Position numbers and translations under genes: made by a program
Origin: a virus
Length of the DNA stretch: 42,784 nt
Reading direction: 5' to 3' (one strand)
Virus record (IMG/VR): IMGVR_UViG_3300031416_000024
Span: 1 to 42,784 of that record
In this document: positions 27,837 to 34,749 of the stretch, piece by piece
How positions within the stretch are numbered: position 1 is the stretch's first letter
How the letters are laid out: every line of letters starts with the position of its first letter
Notes under the pieces: generated by a model
Told to the model about the DNA's origin: nothing
Seen by the model: only the letters and a program-made list of their open reading frames with translations
The model's database searches: none

Positions 27837-27954
27837 CCTCGCTTTCTTCAGAATCAAAAACAGGAGCGAAAAGCATTTCGCAGATAACTATGATTAAAGG
27901 AACGCACGCAATAACCAATAAGTCGTCATTACCAAAAATAATCGGGAACCACAT
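27820..27954 (-). CDS. 44-aa hydrophobic (membrane) peptide with acidic tail (not in the ORF track)
   Basis: Hand translation: MWFPIIFGNDDLLVIACVPLIIVICEMLFAPVFDSEESEDENDL. GGGGG RBS. Overlaps the next ORF start. Confidence 0.4.
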   Translation of the reverse strand: MWFPIIFGNDDLLVIACVPLIIVICEMLFAPVFDSEESEDENDL

Positions 27955-27975
27955 AAAACCCCCAGAATTGGCGCA

Positions 27976-27984
27976 AGTGGTGGA
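27976..27984 (+). repeat. AGTGGTGGA-core motif copy 10
   Basis: gcgcaAGTGGTGGAaaa; intergenic. Confidence 0.9.
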
Positions 27985-27987
27985 AAA

Positions 27988-28680
27988 TCACCAAAGGCAA
28001 TTTAAATTCTCTTCAATAATATCTTCTACTTCTGCCGCGTCCAGCTCATCAATAATTTGCTGTCTTGCTTTTTCTTTATAATGAAGCTCATAACCTTCAT
28101 TGAAATATAAAATTCCATCAACGCACAAATCATGCGCCACTTCATGAATATTTGCTTCAAGAACTCCTAAAGCAAAATTACGCGCCCAATCTTTTTTCTG
28201 CTTTTTGCTCATATTTGACCAGTGAGGATTTTTAGCAGAATCAAAGCAATCGTACATTTTCATGATTTTCAGTGTTGCGCGAATGTACATTTTTTCAGGT
28301 GATTTTTGTTTGCTCAACTTAACAGGATTTCCAAAAATGCTAACAGGCAGATTTAAAACAGCATCGCCAGCTTCAGCAGAAATTGTGATTTTACCGTCTT
28401 CTAAATTAACGGATTTAACCTTAGCCTCATAACATCCAGGCTTAAGCATATTAGGCTCTGGACTCCAGCTTGTTTCGGATGGTTTGATTGTCTCAAGCGC
28501 TTCAGCAAGCCAGCGATTGAATTTATGGCATTCTTTGGCGGCGTTTTCTTCTGTTTTGCAGCAAATCAAATCATCATGATAATAACCAAAGTAAATCACA
28601 ACTGTTGTGTCGTGAAGTGAAATTGAATGAGGCTTGAAAGCCAAAGATTTGATAAAGGCAAAAAACTGTGATTTGTTCAT
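27988..28680 (-). CDS. Hypothetical protein with HExxH motif
   Basis: The track ORF starts at 28746. ATG at 28680 (MNKSQFF...) follows a GAGGAA RBS and lies downstream of the predicted promoter. HEVAH near the C-terminus. Confidence 0.55.
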   Translation of the reverse strand: MNKSQFFAFIKSLAFKPHSISLHDTTVVIYFGYYHDDLICCKTEENAAKECHKFNRWLAEALETIKPSETSWSPEPNMLKPGCYEAKVKSVNLEDGKITISAEAGDAVLNLPVSIFGNPVKLSKQKSPEKMYIRATLKIMKMYDCFDSAKNPHWSNMSKKQKKDWARNFALGVLEANIHEVAHDLCVDGILYFNEGYELHYKEKARQQIIDELDAAEVEDIIEENLNCLW

Positions 28681-28714
28681 TTCAACATTCCTCAATGTTC
28701 GATTCAGTGTTGAC

Positions 28715-28743
28715 AGTATGAAAGAAAAAAGGCCAAGTGTCAA
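28715..28743 (-). promoter_or_regulatory. Putative sigma70 promoter (TTGACA-17-CATACT) bracketed by a perfect 10-bp inverted repeat
   Basis: AGTGTTGACA at 28706-28715 and TGTCAACACT at 28738-28747. The -35 lies in one arm and the transcript start lies in the other. Confidence 0.6.
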
Positions 28744-28773
28744 CACTCAGCCTTTAGGTTTTTTGAAGAAATT

Positions 28774-28968
28774 TTAGGCGGTGATTTCGGCGTAAACGTA
28801 ACCCATAGCAATAATAGCGGCTCCGTGCTCTTTGTCGCCTTTTGACTTTTGGTGATTGTACCACTCGCGCAGTTCTTCAACTGCAAGATTAAACTCCTGA
28901 GAAGCTCCGGCCTCTGCTGCCGTGCCTGCCATCATCGCTTTAATCACTTCTGTTTCCGTTTTGCTCAT
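28774..28968 (-). CDS. Hypothetical protein
   Basis: 64-aa ORF overlapping the upstream CDS by 4 nt. Confidence 0.5.
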   Translation of the reverse strand: MSKTETEVIKAMMAGTAAEAGASQEFNLAVEELREWYNHQKSKGDKEHGAAIIAMGYVYAEITA

Positions 28969-29204
28969 TTTAACTTAACCTCATAAAGATGAATAATTTC
29001 TATTACGCCCTCGCACTCTTTCGGGCTTTCTATGCCCTTCAAAACCTCGCATCCGTAATTTTTAAGATGACAGGTTTTGCAGTAGGAGTGCTCAGACCAT
29101 GTTTTCTCTACTACAGACAAACCATTACAGGAACCGCCGCCAAACCTGTGAGGGAAAGAATAAGCCGCACATCGGCAAGTTAACTGGCGGCGAATTCGTT
29201 TCAT
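28965..29204 (-). CDS. Cys-rich hypothetical protein
   Basis: 79-aa ORF with 9 Cys (CRC...C...CKTC...C...C). Confidence 0.5.
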   Translation of the reverse strand: MKRIRRQLTCRCAAYSFPHRFGGGSCNGLSVVEKTWSEHSYCKTCHLKNYGCEVLKGIESPKECEGVIEIIHLYEVKLK

Positions 29205-29632
29205 CAGATTTTCTTACCACCTTCTTTTTCGCGGTTTTCGCGTTTGTGGTCTGCGCGGTTTGCATTGTACGCCAGCTTTTCAGAAATCGCGCCGCCAACA
29301 TCAAGACCTAAATAACCAGCAGTATCGAGGATGCGAATGATTGCATCTGCAAATTCAACTTCAATCATTTCCCGACTTGGCAGATGGTCGTCCATTAAAT
29401 CCTTACGCATACCTTCAAGCGCCTCAGAAAGCTCAGAATGCATGAGGGCCAATTTTGCGGCAATCATATTTGCCCTAAATTCCATAAAAGTTGATCTGCT
29501 AATCTTACCAGAAGTGAAAAGATTTTTAATTCTAGAATCCGAATCCCACCAACCGCGCTCAACGTTATCAGCGTAAATGGATTCGCTCAAATCGTTGACA
29601 GCATTGATTACATTATTGCTAAGATATGTCAT
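29204..29632 (-). CDS. MazG-like nucleoside triphosphate pyrophosphohydrolase
   Basis: All-alpha pattern LMHSELSEALE...EVEFADAIIRILD...KLAYNANR, typical of the MazG/dimeric dUTPase-like NTP-PPase family. Confidence 0.6.
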   Translation of the reverse strand: MTYLSNNVINAVNDLSESIYADNVERGWWDSDSRIKNLFTSGKISRSTFMEFRANMIAAKLALMHSELSEALEGMRKDLMDDHLPSREMIEVEFADAIIRILDTAGYLGLDVGGAISEKLAYNANRADHKRENREKEGGKKI

Positions 29633-29814
29633 TTTTTGCTTTCCTCTAACACCAGGTTGATGTTCATAATGTTGGTTTTTGCATTAGCAAAGTTTACAGG
29701 ATAGTTGCTGTCCATAGAAGCAGGATAAGCACAAATCTGTTTACAGTATGTCATAAGTTCGCGCAGTTCATGAATCGCCATTTTACGCAAAACGTGCAAA
29801 TCAAATTTTTCCAT
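29629..29814 (-). CDS. Hypothetical protein
   Basis: The track ORF is 29629..29892. ATG at 29814 (MEKFDLH...) overlaps the upstream stop as TAATG. Confidence 0.5.
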   Translation of the reverse strand: MEKFDLHVLRKMAIHELRELMTYCKQICAYPASMDSNYPVNFANAKTNIMNINLVLEESKK

Positions 29815-30401
29815 TATTCCACCACTTCCAGCAATTTGGCCGCAAGAACGGCAGAAACGAAAGCAAAAAACATCGTCGTCAGGAAAAGGCAAGATGATGT
29901 TTCGTTAGATTTCTTAAGCTGGGTTCTCAGATTAGATAGTTCAGATTTATGCCAATCACCCATTAGCTCATAATACTTTTCTTCAGCAGACTTCAAAGGA
30001 GATGGCTTTGATTCATTGTTGTTTAAATAAATAAAGCTTTCTTCTCCGTCAATTGTTGTCACTTCGATCTTCTCCGTTCCTTCACGCGTGATTATCGTAT
30101 GAGTATCAAACAGGCTTTGATTGTTATTTTTCCATGCTCTAAGAACTTCTCTTGCGAGGCTTCTCTTTTCCAGCTTCATTGGCCTGATGAATGAAATCTC
30201 AATAAACCTCAAAATATCATAAGGCTGAATTTTTCTTTTTGAATTGCTTATCATGCGCATACATACATGCCTATGCGATGCATCAAAGCAATTTTGGTTA
30301 ATCATCATTCTGTCGAAATATGATGTTTTTAGCGTTGGGCTGACTTGCGTATGGCTTTCTATTTCTTCATCACTATAGTGAATGAACTTTATATCTTTCA
30401 T
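29814..30401 (-). CDS. Hypothetical tail-anchored membrane protein
   Basis: 195 aa with a single C-terminal hydrophobic helix CLFLTTMFFAFVSAVLAAKLL. Confidence 0.55.
   Translation of the reverse strand: MKDIKFIHYSDEEIESHTQVSPTLKTSYFDRMMINQNCFDASHRHVCMRMISNSKRKIQPYDILRFIEISFIRPMKLEKRSLAREVLRAWKNNNQSLFDTHTIITREGTEKIEVTTIDGEESFIYLNNNESKPSPLKSAEEKYYELMGDWHKSELSNLRTQLKKSNETSSCLFLTTMFFAFVSAVLAAKLLEVVE
29818..29826 (-). repeat. AGTGGTGGA-core motif copy 11
   Basis: The - strand reads GAAGTGGTGGAATAATGGAAAAA at a stop/start junction. Confidence 0.9.
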
Positions 30402-30436
30402 CTTTCTGCCTCAAATTTAAATGTGGTTATTTTATT

Positions 30437-30724
30437 TTATGCAACTCTGACAATGTACTGATTTCCGAAGCTGTAAGCATCCATGTAACCAAGCTCTGAC
30501 ACGGCATCAAAATGCTTATCATCATATGGAAACACTAGGCCAATTGAGCGCAAAGAGCCAATGCTCATAGAAGCTATCTCACCATTATCAACAATGCAAA
30601 CACAGAAAAGCTTATGCATTGGGTAAGGCTCTTTCATTCCTCTTGCGATTTCTGCGATTCTAATATTTGCGTAAGTAAGAATGTTCATTATCTCTTTCTG
30701 AGAAGCAATGTATCCAGCCATCAC
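30437..30724 (-). CDS. Hypothetical protein
   Basis: 95-aa ORF overlapping the upstream CDS by 4 nt. Confidence 0.5.
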   Translation of the reverse strand: MMAGYIASQKEIMNILTYANIRIAEIARGMKEPYPMHKLFCVCIVDNGEIASMSIGSLRSIGLVFPYDDKHFDAVSELGYMDAYSFGNQYIVRVA

Positions 30725-30906
30725 TCAACCCTCTCAACAGCGATGCCATCAAAGATAATAGCCTGACCAATTTCAAGAGATGCTATCTGCTCAATCTCAT
30801 CATCAGACCAATCCGTCGAATCAAATACGAACTTAAGAGAAACAGACTTATCAACAGAAACCTTTTCGCCGTTAATGCTGAAGTCCATCATGTTAAATCG
30901 TGCCAT
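30721..30906 (-). CDS. Hypothetical protein
   Basis: The track ORF starts at 30921. ATG at 30906 (MARFNMM...) follows a GAGGA RBS. Confidence 0.5.
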   Translation of the reverse strand: MARFNMMDFSINGEKVSVDKSVSLKFVFDSTDWSDDEIEQIASLEIGQAIIFDGIAVERVE

Positions 30907-31168
30907 CCAATAAATCCTCATTTGATAATAATTGTCATTTGCCTTCGAGTAGAAAAGTTATCGAAGATTACAAAAAAGATTTCAAAACCACGAAACAGAG
31001 TTAATCGAAAAAAATCTTTTTGGAAAAAGCCCCGAATGAGAAAAATTCTCAAAGGGGGGTGGGGTAAAAGATTTTTCCAACCTTTCCGCTATCGGCTGCT
31101 TAATGATTTGTGCATCGACGGGAAAAATGAGATTTGAAAAATCATTTTCAAAAACTGGATTTACCAGT

Positions 31169-31516
31169 TTACTCTGTAGCTGTTTTCCGGCGATGGCACG
31201 GAATGCAGAGGAGCTGAAGGTTAGAAAGTTCATCCGAACCTCCCTGGCTAACGGGCTTAATGTGATCGACTTCGACGCCAAAAGATACGATTCCATTTCT
31301 TTCACACTCTTCACATAATCCCATACAGCGATTGATGATGATTTGCCTTTTCTTTTTCCAGACTGAAGACTGATAAGGACGCCGCTCACCTTCTTTTGAT
31401 TGTTGGAACTTTCGCCAGCCTTCATTTTTGTGCTCCTCGCAATAACCGTTTGTTTTCTGGCTGGCCTTCTTGACGCACCCAGGAACCCTACAACTTGAAC
31501 CAGGCAATGATGGCAT
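31169..31516 (-). CDS. HNH endonuclease
   Basis: CxxC...DHIKPVSQGG...NLQLLCIPCHRRKT is the classical HNH/zinc-finger signature. Confidence 0.85.
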   Translation of the reverse strand: MPSLPGSSCRVPGCVKKASQKTNGYCEEHKNEGWRKFQQSKEGERRPYQSSVWKKKRQIIINRCMGLCEECERNGIVSFGVEVDHIKPVSQGGSDELSNLQLLCIPCHRRKTATE

Positions 31517-31794
31517 TATTGACTGCCTCTTAAGTGCTGAAAATCTACGCGAGCGTTTAGGCCGTTAAGGGCGCAAAGCTCAACAATCATATCGCTGGAA
31601 ATCATGCGCGGGTTTTCTTCGCTAAACCAGCAGCGTACTGTCTGAGGCTTAACGTTTAAAAGTGAGGCAATGCTTACTGAGGTCAGCCCAAGCTTTGAGC
31701 GCAATTCTTTAAGGATTTTCACCCTTGTTGCATAAGGAATTTCGTTCCTTTTGCGGTCATACTCTCCGACCAAATCCTGATTTTCCTGATTCAT
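31516..31794 (-). CDS. Helix-turn-helix DNA-binding protein
   Basis: LGLTSVSIASLLNVKPQTVRCWF is an HTH. First gene after the promoter at 31826-31854. Overlaps the HNH gene by 1 nt. Confidence 0.6.
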   Translation of the reverse strand: MNQENQDLVGEYDRKRNEIPYATRVKILKELRSKLGLTSVSIASLLNVKPQTVRCWFSEENPRMISSDMIVELCALNGLNARVDFQHLRGSQ

Positions 31795-31825
31795 TTTTTC
31801 TTCCGTTTGTTATCTTGTTGTCAAC

Positions 31826-31854
31826 ACTATGGGCTAAAAAAAACCCGCTGTCAA
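31826..31854 (-). promoter_or_regulatory. Putative sigma70 promoter (TTGACA-17-CATAGT) with a direct repeat of TAGTGTTGACA
   Basis: The 11-nt tgtcaacacta occurs at 31819-31829 and 31849-31859. One copy carries the -35 and the other covers the start region. Confidence 0.55.
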
Positions 31855-31873
31855 CACTAAGCTGAAGCGGGGG
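31836..31873 (-). terminator. Possible terminator after the lysis cassette (6-bp stem, long loop, T8)
   Basis: On the - strand: CCCGCT-16 nt-AGCGGG followed by TTTTTTTT. The loop contains the -35 hexamer. Confidence 0.4.
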
Positions 31874-31874
31874 C

Positions 31875-31883
31875 AGTGGTGGA
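31875..31883 (+). repeat. AGTGGTGGA-core motif copy 12
   Basis: ggggcAGTGGTGGAaag; intergenic. Confidence 0.9.
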
Positions 31884-31941
31884 AAGTTACCAAATCGAAG
31901 CAATGAGGAAGTTAAGTTATCAAGCGTTTTGAGAATATCAG

Positions 31942-32166
31942 TTATTTCTTATTCTTACCACAACGCGACATATATTCTTTATCGTGCCTTACAATCTGCT
32001 CTGCGGTCTTGTCTGATAATTTATCCTCCTTGCCGCTGATAGTAATCAGGCGCGCCCAATCGCACTCATTCACGATCACGGTTCGCGTTTTCACGCAGCC
32101 ACTGATTAGCATCGCCAGGCTGATAACCAGCAATTTCATCATCAATGCGTTTTGAATTTTTTGCAT
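31942..32166 (-). CDS. o-spanin (Rz1-like outer-membrane lipoprotein), overlapping the i-spanin gene
   Basis: ATG at 32166 with a GAGG RBS. Signal peptide plus lipobox LISGC. Starts inside the i-spanin CDS in another frame and extends beyond its stop. Confidence 0.7.
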   Translation of the reverse strand: MQKIQNALMMKLLVISLAMLISGCVKTRTVIVNECDWARLITISGKEDKLSDKTAEQIVRHDKEYMSRCGKNKK

Positions 32167-32350
32167 CTTCTTGCCTCGCTTCTTTTTCTGCCTTAAGTGA
32201 ATCAGCTTCTTTCGCCACCTGTTCTTTTTGCTCTTCCTGACGACCTTCTTTGCGGCCTGTGTACTTTCCGCTGAAGTGGCCCAGGACAAGCCCAATCGCG
32301 GCAAAAAGCACAGCGCCGATGATACCGATAATCTGCGTCAGTTCACCCAT
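32066..32350 (-). CDS. i-spanin (Rz-like)
   Basis: N-terminal TMD IIGIIGAVLFAAIGLVLG followed by a highly charged coiled region, directly after the endolysin. Confidence 0.7.
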   Translation of the reverse strand: MGELTQIIGIIGAVLFAAIGLVLGHFSGKYTGRKEGRQEEQKEQVAKEADSLKAEKEARQEDAKNSKRIDDEIAGYQPGDANQWLRENANRDRE

Positions 32351-32820
32351 GATGAGAACCCCATATAAGCGCTGTAATCAGCCCTCTCCAGCGTAGCCAG
32401 AACACGCGTAGCGCGGTCTTTGGTCTGGCCGTACCATTTACTGTCCTTACCCTGCCGCGTAGCCTCCTGCCAGTTGCCAGCACGTACAGCGGCCAGCATC
32501 TTGCGGAACCCCATCAGCCCTTCAAAGCCCAGCTGGAAGGCCATGTTAACTAACGCGTCCTTGCGGGCCTGCTCCAGACCTCCCCAGACGGGCCGTAGCG
32601 CATCGCTGGCCGAAAGCCTGGCTTCCATATCCTGAGCGTGAGTTAACGCCCACAGCTCCGCCACGTTGCGCGGAATCGTGAATTGATACATGCCTAGGCT
32701 GGCTCCTTTCGGCCCAAGACGGATACCAATCCCGCCTGTGGGGTATCCTTCGCTGTCGATATAGGGCTTTTCTCTGTAGCCTTCATCGATATTCAGCATT
32801 TGAGCGATTTTACTTTTCAT
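32338..32820 (-). CDS. Endolysin, T4-lysozyme-like (GH24)
   Basis: IDEGYREKPYIDSEGYPTGGIG matches the E...D...T catalytic region of GH24 lysozymes. ATG at 32820 follows GGAGAAAGGG. The track start at 32832 lacks an RBS. Confidence 0.85.
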   Translation of the reverse strand: MKSKIAQMLNIDEGYREKPYIDSEGYPTGGIGIRLGPKGASLGMYQFTIPRNVAELWALTHAQDMEARLSASDALRPVWGGLEQARKDALVNMAFQLGFEGLMGFRKMLAAVRAGNWQEATRQGKDSKWYGQTKDRATRVLATLERADYSAYMGFSSWVN

Positions 32821-33085
32821 CCCTTTCTCCATTTTCTAGCTTTTTCTGTTTAATAAATCTGGCAATAAAGGCCAAAACCCATAAAACCAGCGCTACATAT
32901 TTCAGATAATCGTGTGGAATTTCCGCCTTAAACTCTGCCGGAAGAATGGCCCAAGCCTCAAATGCACGTTGAGGCGCGAACTCAAGAGCGCCTAAAATTG
33001 CAATTCCCGCAAGGTTGAGCCAGGTAGAGTGAAGTTTCCACCACTTGCGCCAGTATGAAACTGGCTCAATTCTTTTTTTCATCAT
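32810..33085 (-). CDS. Putative holin (two TMDs)
   Basis: 91 aa with two hydrophobic helices and a charged C-terminus, immediately upstream of the endolysin. Confidence 0.6.
   Translation of the reverse strand: MMKKRIEPVSYWRKWWKLHSTWLNLAGIAILGALEFAPQRAFEAWAILPAEFKAEIPHDYLKYVALVLWVLAFIARFIKQKKLENGERDEK
33037..33045 (-). repeat. AGTGGTGGA-core motif copy 13
   Basis: gcgcaAGTGGTGGAaac on the - strand; sense in the holin (K-W-W-K). Confidence 0.9.
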
Positions 33086-33503
33086 TGTTGTTCACCTGCA
33101 CGGATGGTTGTTTTGCGATTTGCGAAACCTGAAATTTAAGAAGACTAATGTCTTTGTCCAGACTTGCAATCATAGTGTCTGTTTTTCCAGAAGAGCCAGC
33201 AATAAAGATTCCGATTGATAGAGCGGCGCTTGCTGCGATACCAACGATAAACTGGATTACGCGATTTAGCGTTTTTTGTGAATTTACTTGAAGTGATAAG
33301 TCTCTTACATCGTCAAAAAGTTTATTCCTTGCTCCCTCTAGTTTTGAAATCTTCTGGTTAAGAAATTCAGCCTCTTTCCTGAATTCAATAAACTGACCCA
33401 TAGCCGTAGAAACTTGGTCAATCTGTTTTTCAACCTTATCCATAGATATGGCTAAGTTTTTGATTTGTTCGGCTACAACTTCGTTTGAAACCGGAGGTGA
33501 CAT
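33066..33503 (-). CDS. Membrane protein of the lysis cassette (single TMD, coiled regions; holin/antiholin candidate)
   Basis: 145 aa with TMD IQFIVGIAASAALSIGIFIAG and an AGGAG RBS. First gene after the terminator at 33534-33559. Confidence 0.5.
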   Translation of the reverse strand: MSPPVSNEVVAEQIKNLAISMDKVEKQIDQVSTAMGQFIEFRKEAEFLNQKISKLEGARNKLFDDVRDLSLQVNSQKTLNRVIQFIVGIAASAALSIGIFIAGSSGKTDTMIASLDKDISLLKFQVSQIAKQPSVQVNNNDEKKN

Positions 33504-33533
33504 TTTATGCTCCTGAAAAATTTGATTTAGGGC

Positions 33534-33559
33534 ATAAAAAAGCCCCGTCTATAGGGGCT
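33534..33559 (-). terminator. Rho-independent terminator
   Basis: On the - strand: AGCCCC-TATAGAC-GGGGCT followed by TTTTTTAT. Confidence 0.75.
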
Positions 33560-33574
33560 TAATATACTTCAGGG

Positions 33575-34123
33575 TTACGGTTTCTGCCAGCTATTAGGGC
33601 TGTAGTCACCCATTAATTGCTGCGGAATGTTGAGGCCGCTCACCATAAAGCACTCTGCAACATCCATGCGGCCAATGTAATACAGCCATGCACAAAGGGC
33701 CTGCTTCCATCCGTGAACCACAAACGCAAAATTTCCGTACTTTCTCAGCCTTTCAATTTTCTTGATTTGCTTTTCAGATGGCCCTGAGCTTCTTTTCATG
33801 TCTTTAAATTCAAGATAAAGAGAAAGCGATCTGATTTGGCAGTTTCCAACAGGGAAACCAACATAAATTACATTTTCACCAAAAAAAGTTGCAACAGGAA
33901 TGTGTGTATCTGGTATTCCCGCCTTAACACCTTCCTTCACCAGGTTGATTGCCTCAACCTTGCCTCTTCCTCCGCCGTTAGGGATTGCATAAAAAATATC
34001 ATGATAATCACGATACTGAGTATCCATAATTTCAACAAATGCCGATTGGTGCATGTGCTCGCTGGCTTTAAGATACTGCTCGCTCTCATAAGGAAGAGCG
34101 TCAACTATGGAAACTTTAGGCAT
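33575..34123 (-). CDS. VRR-NUC domain nuclease
   Basis: GIPDTHI...LYLEFKDMK...EKQIKKIERLRKYG fits the VRR-NUC D...ExK...Q pattern. ATG at 34123 is preferred over the track start at 34150. Confidence 0.6.
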   Translation of the reverse strand: MPKVSIVDALPYESEQYLKASEHMHQSAFVEIMDTQYRDYHDIFYAIPNGGGRGKVEAINLVKEGVKAGIPDTHIPVATFFGENVIYVGFPVGNCQIRSLSLYLEFKDMKRSSGPSEKQIKKIERLRKYGNFAFVVHGWKQALCAWLYYIGRMDVAECFMVSGLNIPQQLMGDYSPNSWQKP

Positions 34124-34328
34124 CTGTAGAATCCTCTTCAGAAAAACCAATCTTATCTAAAAAGTCAGAAACCTTTAATACTACAAATTCCTCAGTTGGG
34201 CCTGAAATTGAAATTGATGGGGTAAGCGTTTCACCATTTGAGTAGCAAGTTGCAAACCAGTTACCCCCTACATTAGAAGTCTGAATTTTTTTATCAGACT
34301 TTATTTTTCTCAGCTCTGCCACTTTCAT
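34116..34328 (-). CDS. Hypothetical protein
   Basis: 70-aa ORF tightly coupled to its neighbours. Confidence 0.5.
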   Translation of the reverse strand: MKVAELRKIKSDKKIQTSNVGGNWFATCYSNGETLTPSISISGPTEEFVVLKVSDFLDKIGFSEEDSTDA

Positions 34329-34513
34329 TATTTTTTCTTCCCGCTAATACGTTCGATTGCATTTTGCGTACTTGCTAACAAACCCTTTTGCTCGTCAATC
34401 ATTTCTGGCGGGTATCCTGAATCTGAAAGAACCTGAATTTTCATCTTCAGTTCGCTTTCTGAATCCTTGAGATTACGCAATCTCATTTTTTGAGTAGAAG
34501 TCAGTTTTTCCAT
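34328..34513 (-). CDS. Hypothetical protein
   Basis: 61-aa ORF (MEKLTST...) whose start overlaps the upstream stop as TAATG. Confidence 0.5.
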   Translation of the reverse strand: MEKLTSTQKMRLRNLKDSESELKMKIQVLSDSGYPPEMIDEQKGLLASTQNAIERISGKKK

Positions 34514-34749
34514 TATTCCACCACTTGCCCTTTCTCTCTTACTGTTCCGTTCATTTTATCCTGAGCGATCAAATCCAAGACTTTTTGCTTTGCCTCTTTT
34601 TCGTCGGTTCCCCAGGCGCGATAATGCACATCTTTGTATGTTGTCGTTGCGATGAAAATCCAGTATGTGTCCCAATACTCCTGGAAGTTTTTGGGCGCTT
34701 CGCTCCGCTTAACATCAAAGATTAATTCTGGCTCAATTGTCTCCGGCAT
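34513..34749 (-). CDS. Hypothetical protein
   Basis: 78-aa ORF. Confidence 0.5.
   Translation of the reverse strand: MPETIEPELIFDVKRSEAPKNFQEYWDTYWIFIATTTYKDVHYRAWGTDEKEAKQKVLDLIAQDKMNGTVREKGQVVE
34517..34525 (-). repeat. AGTGGTGGA-core motif copy 14
   Basis: The - strand reads GGGCAAGTGGTGGAATAATGGAAAAA at a stop/start junction. Confidence 0.9.

Noticed and set aside
30982-31425. 147-aa - strand ORF overlapping the HNH gene
   Set aside because: Most of it is an alternative frame of the well-supported HNH CDS. The non-overlapping tail lies in a region that looks like terminator plus promoter. A shorter 83-aa version from ATG 31233 cannot be excluded but has no RBS.
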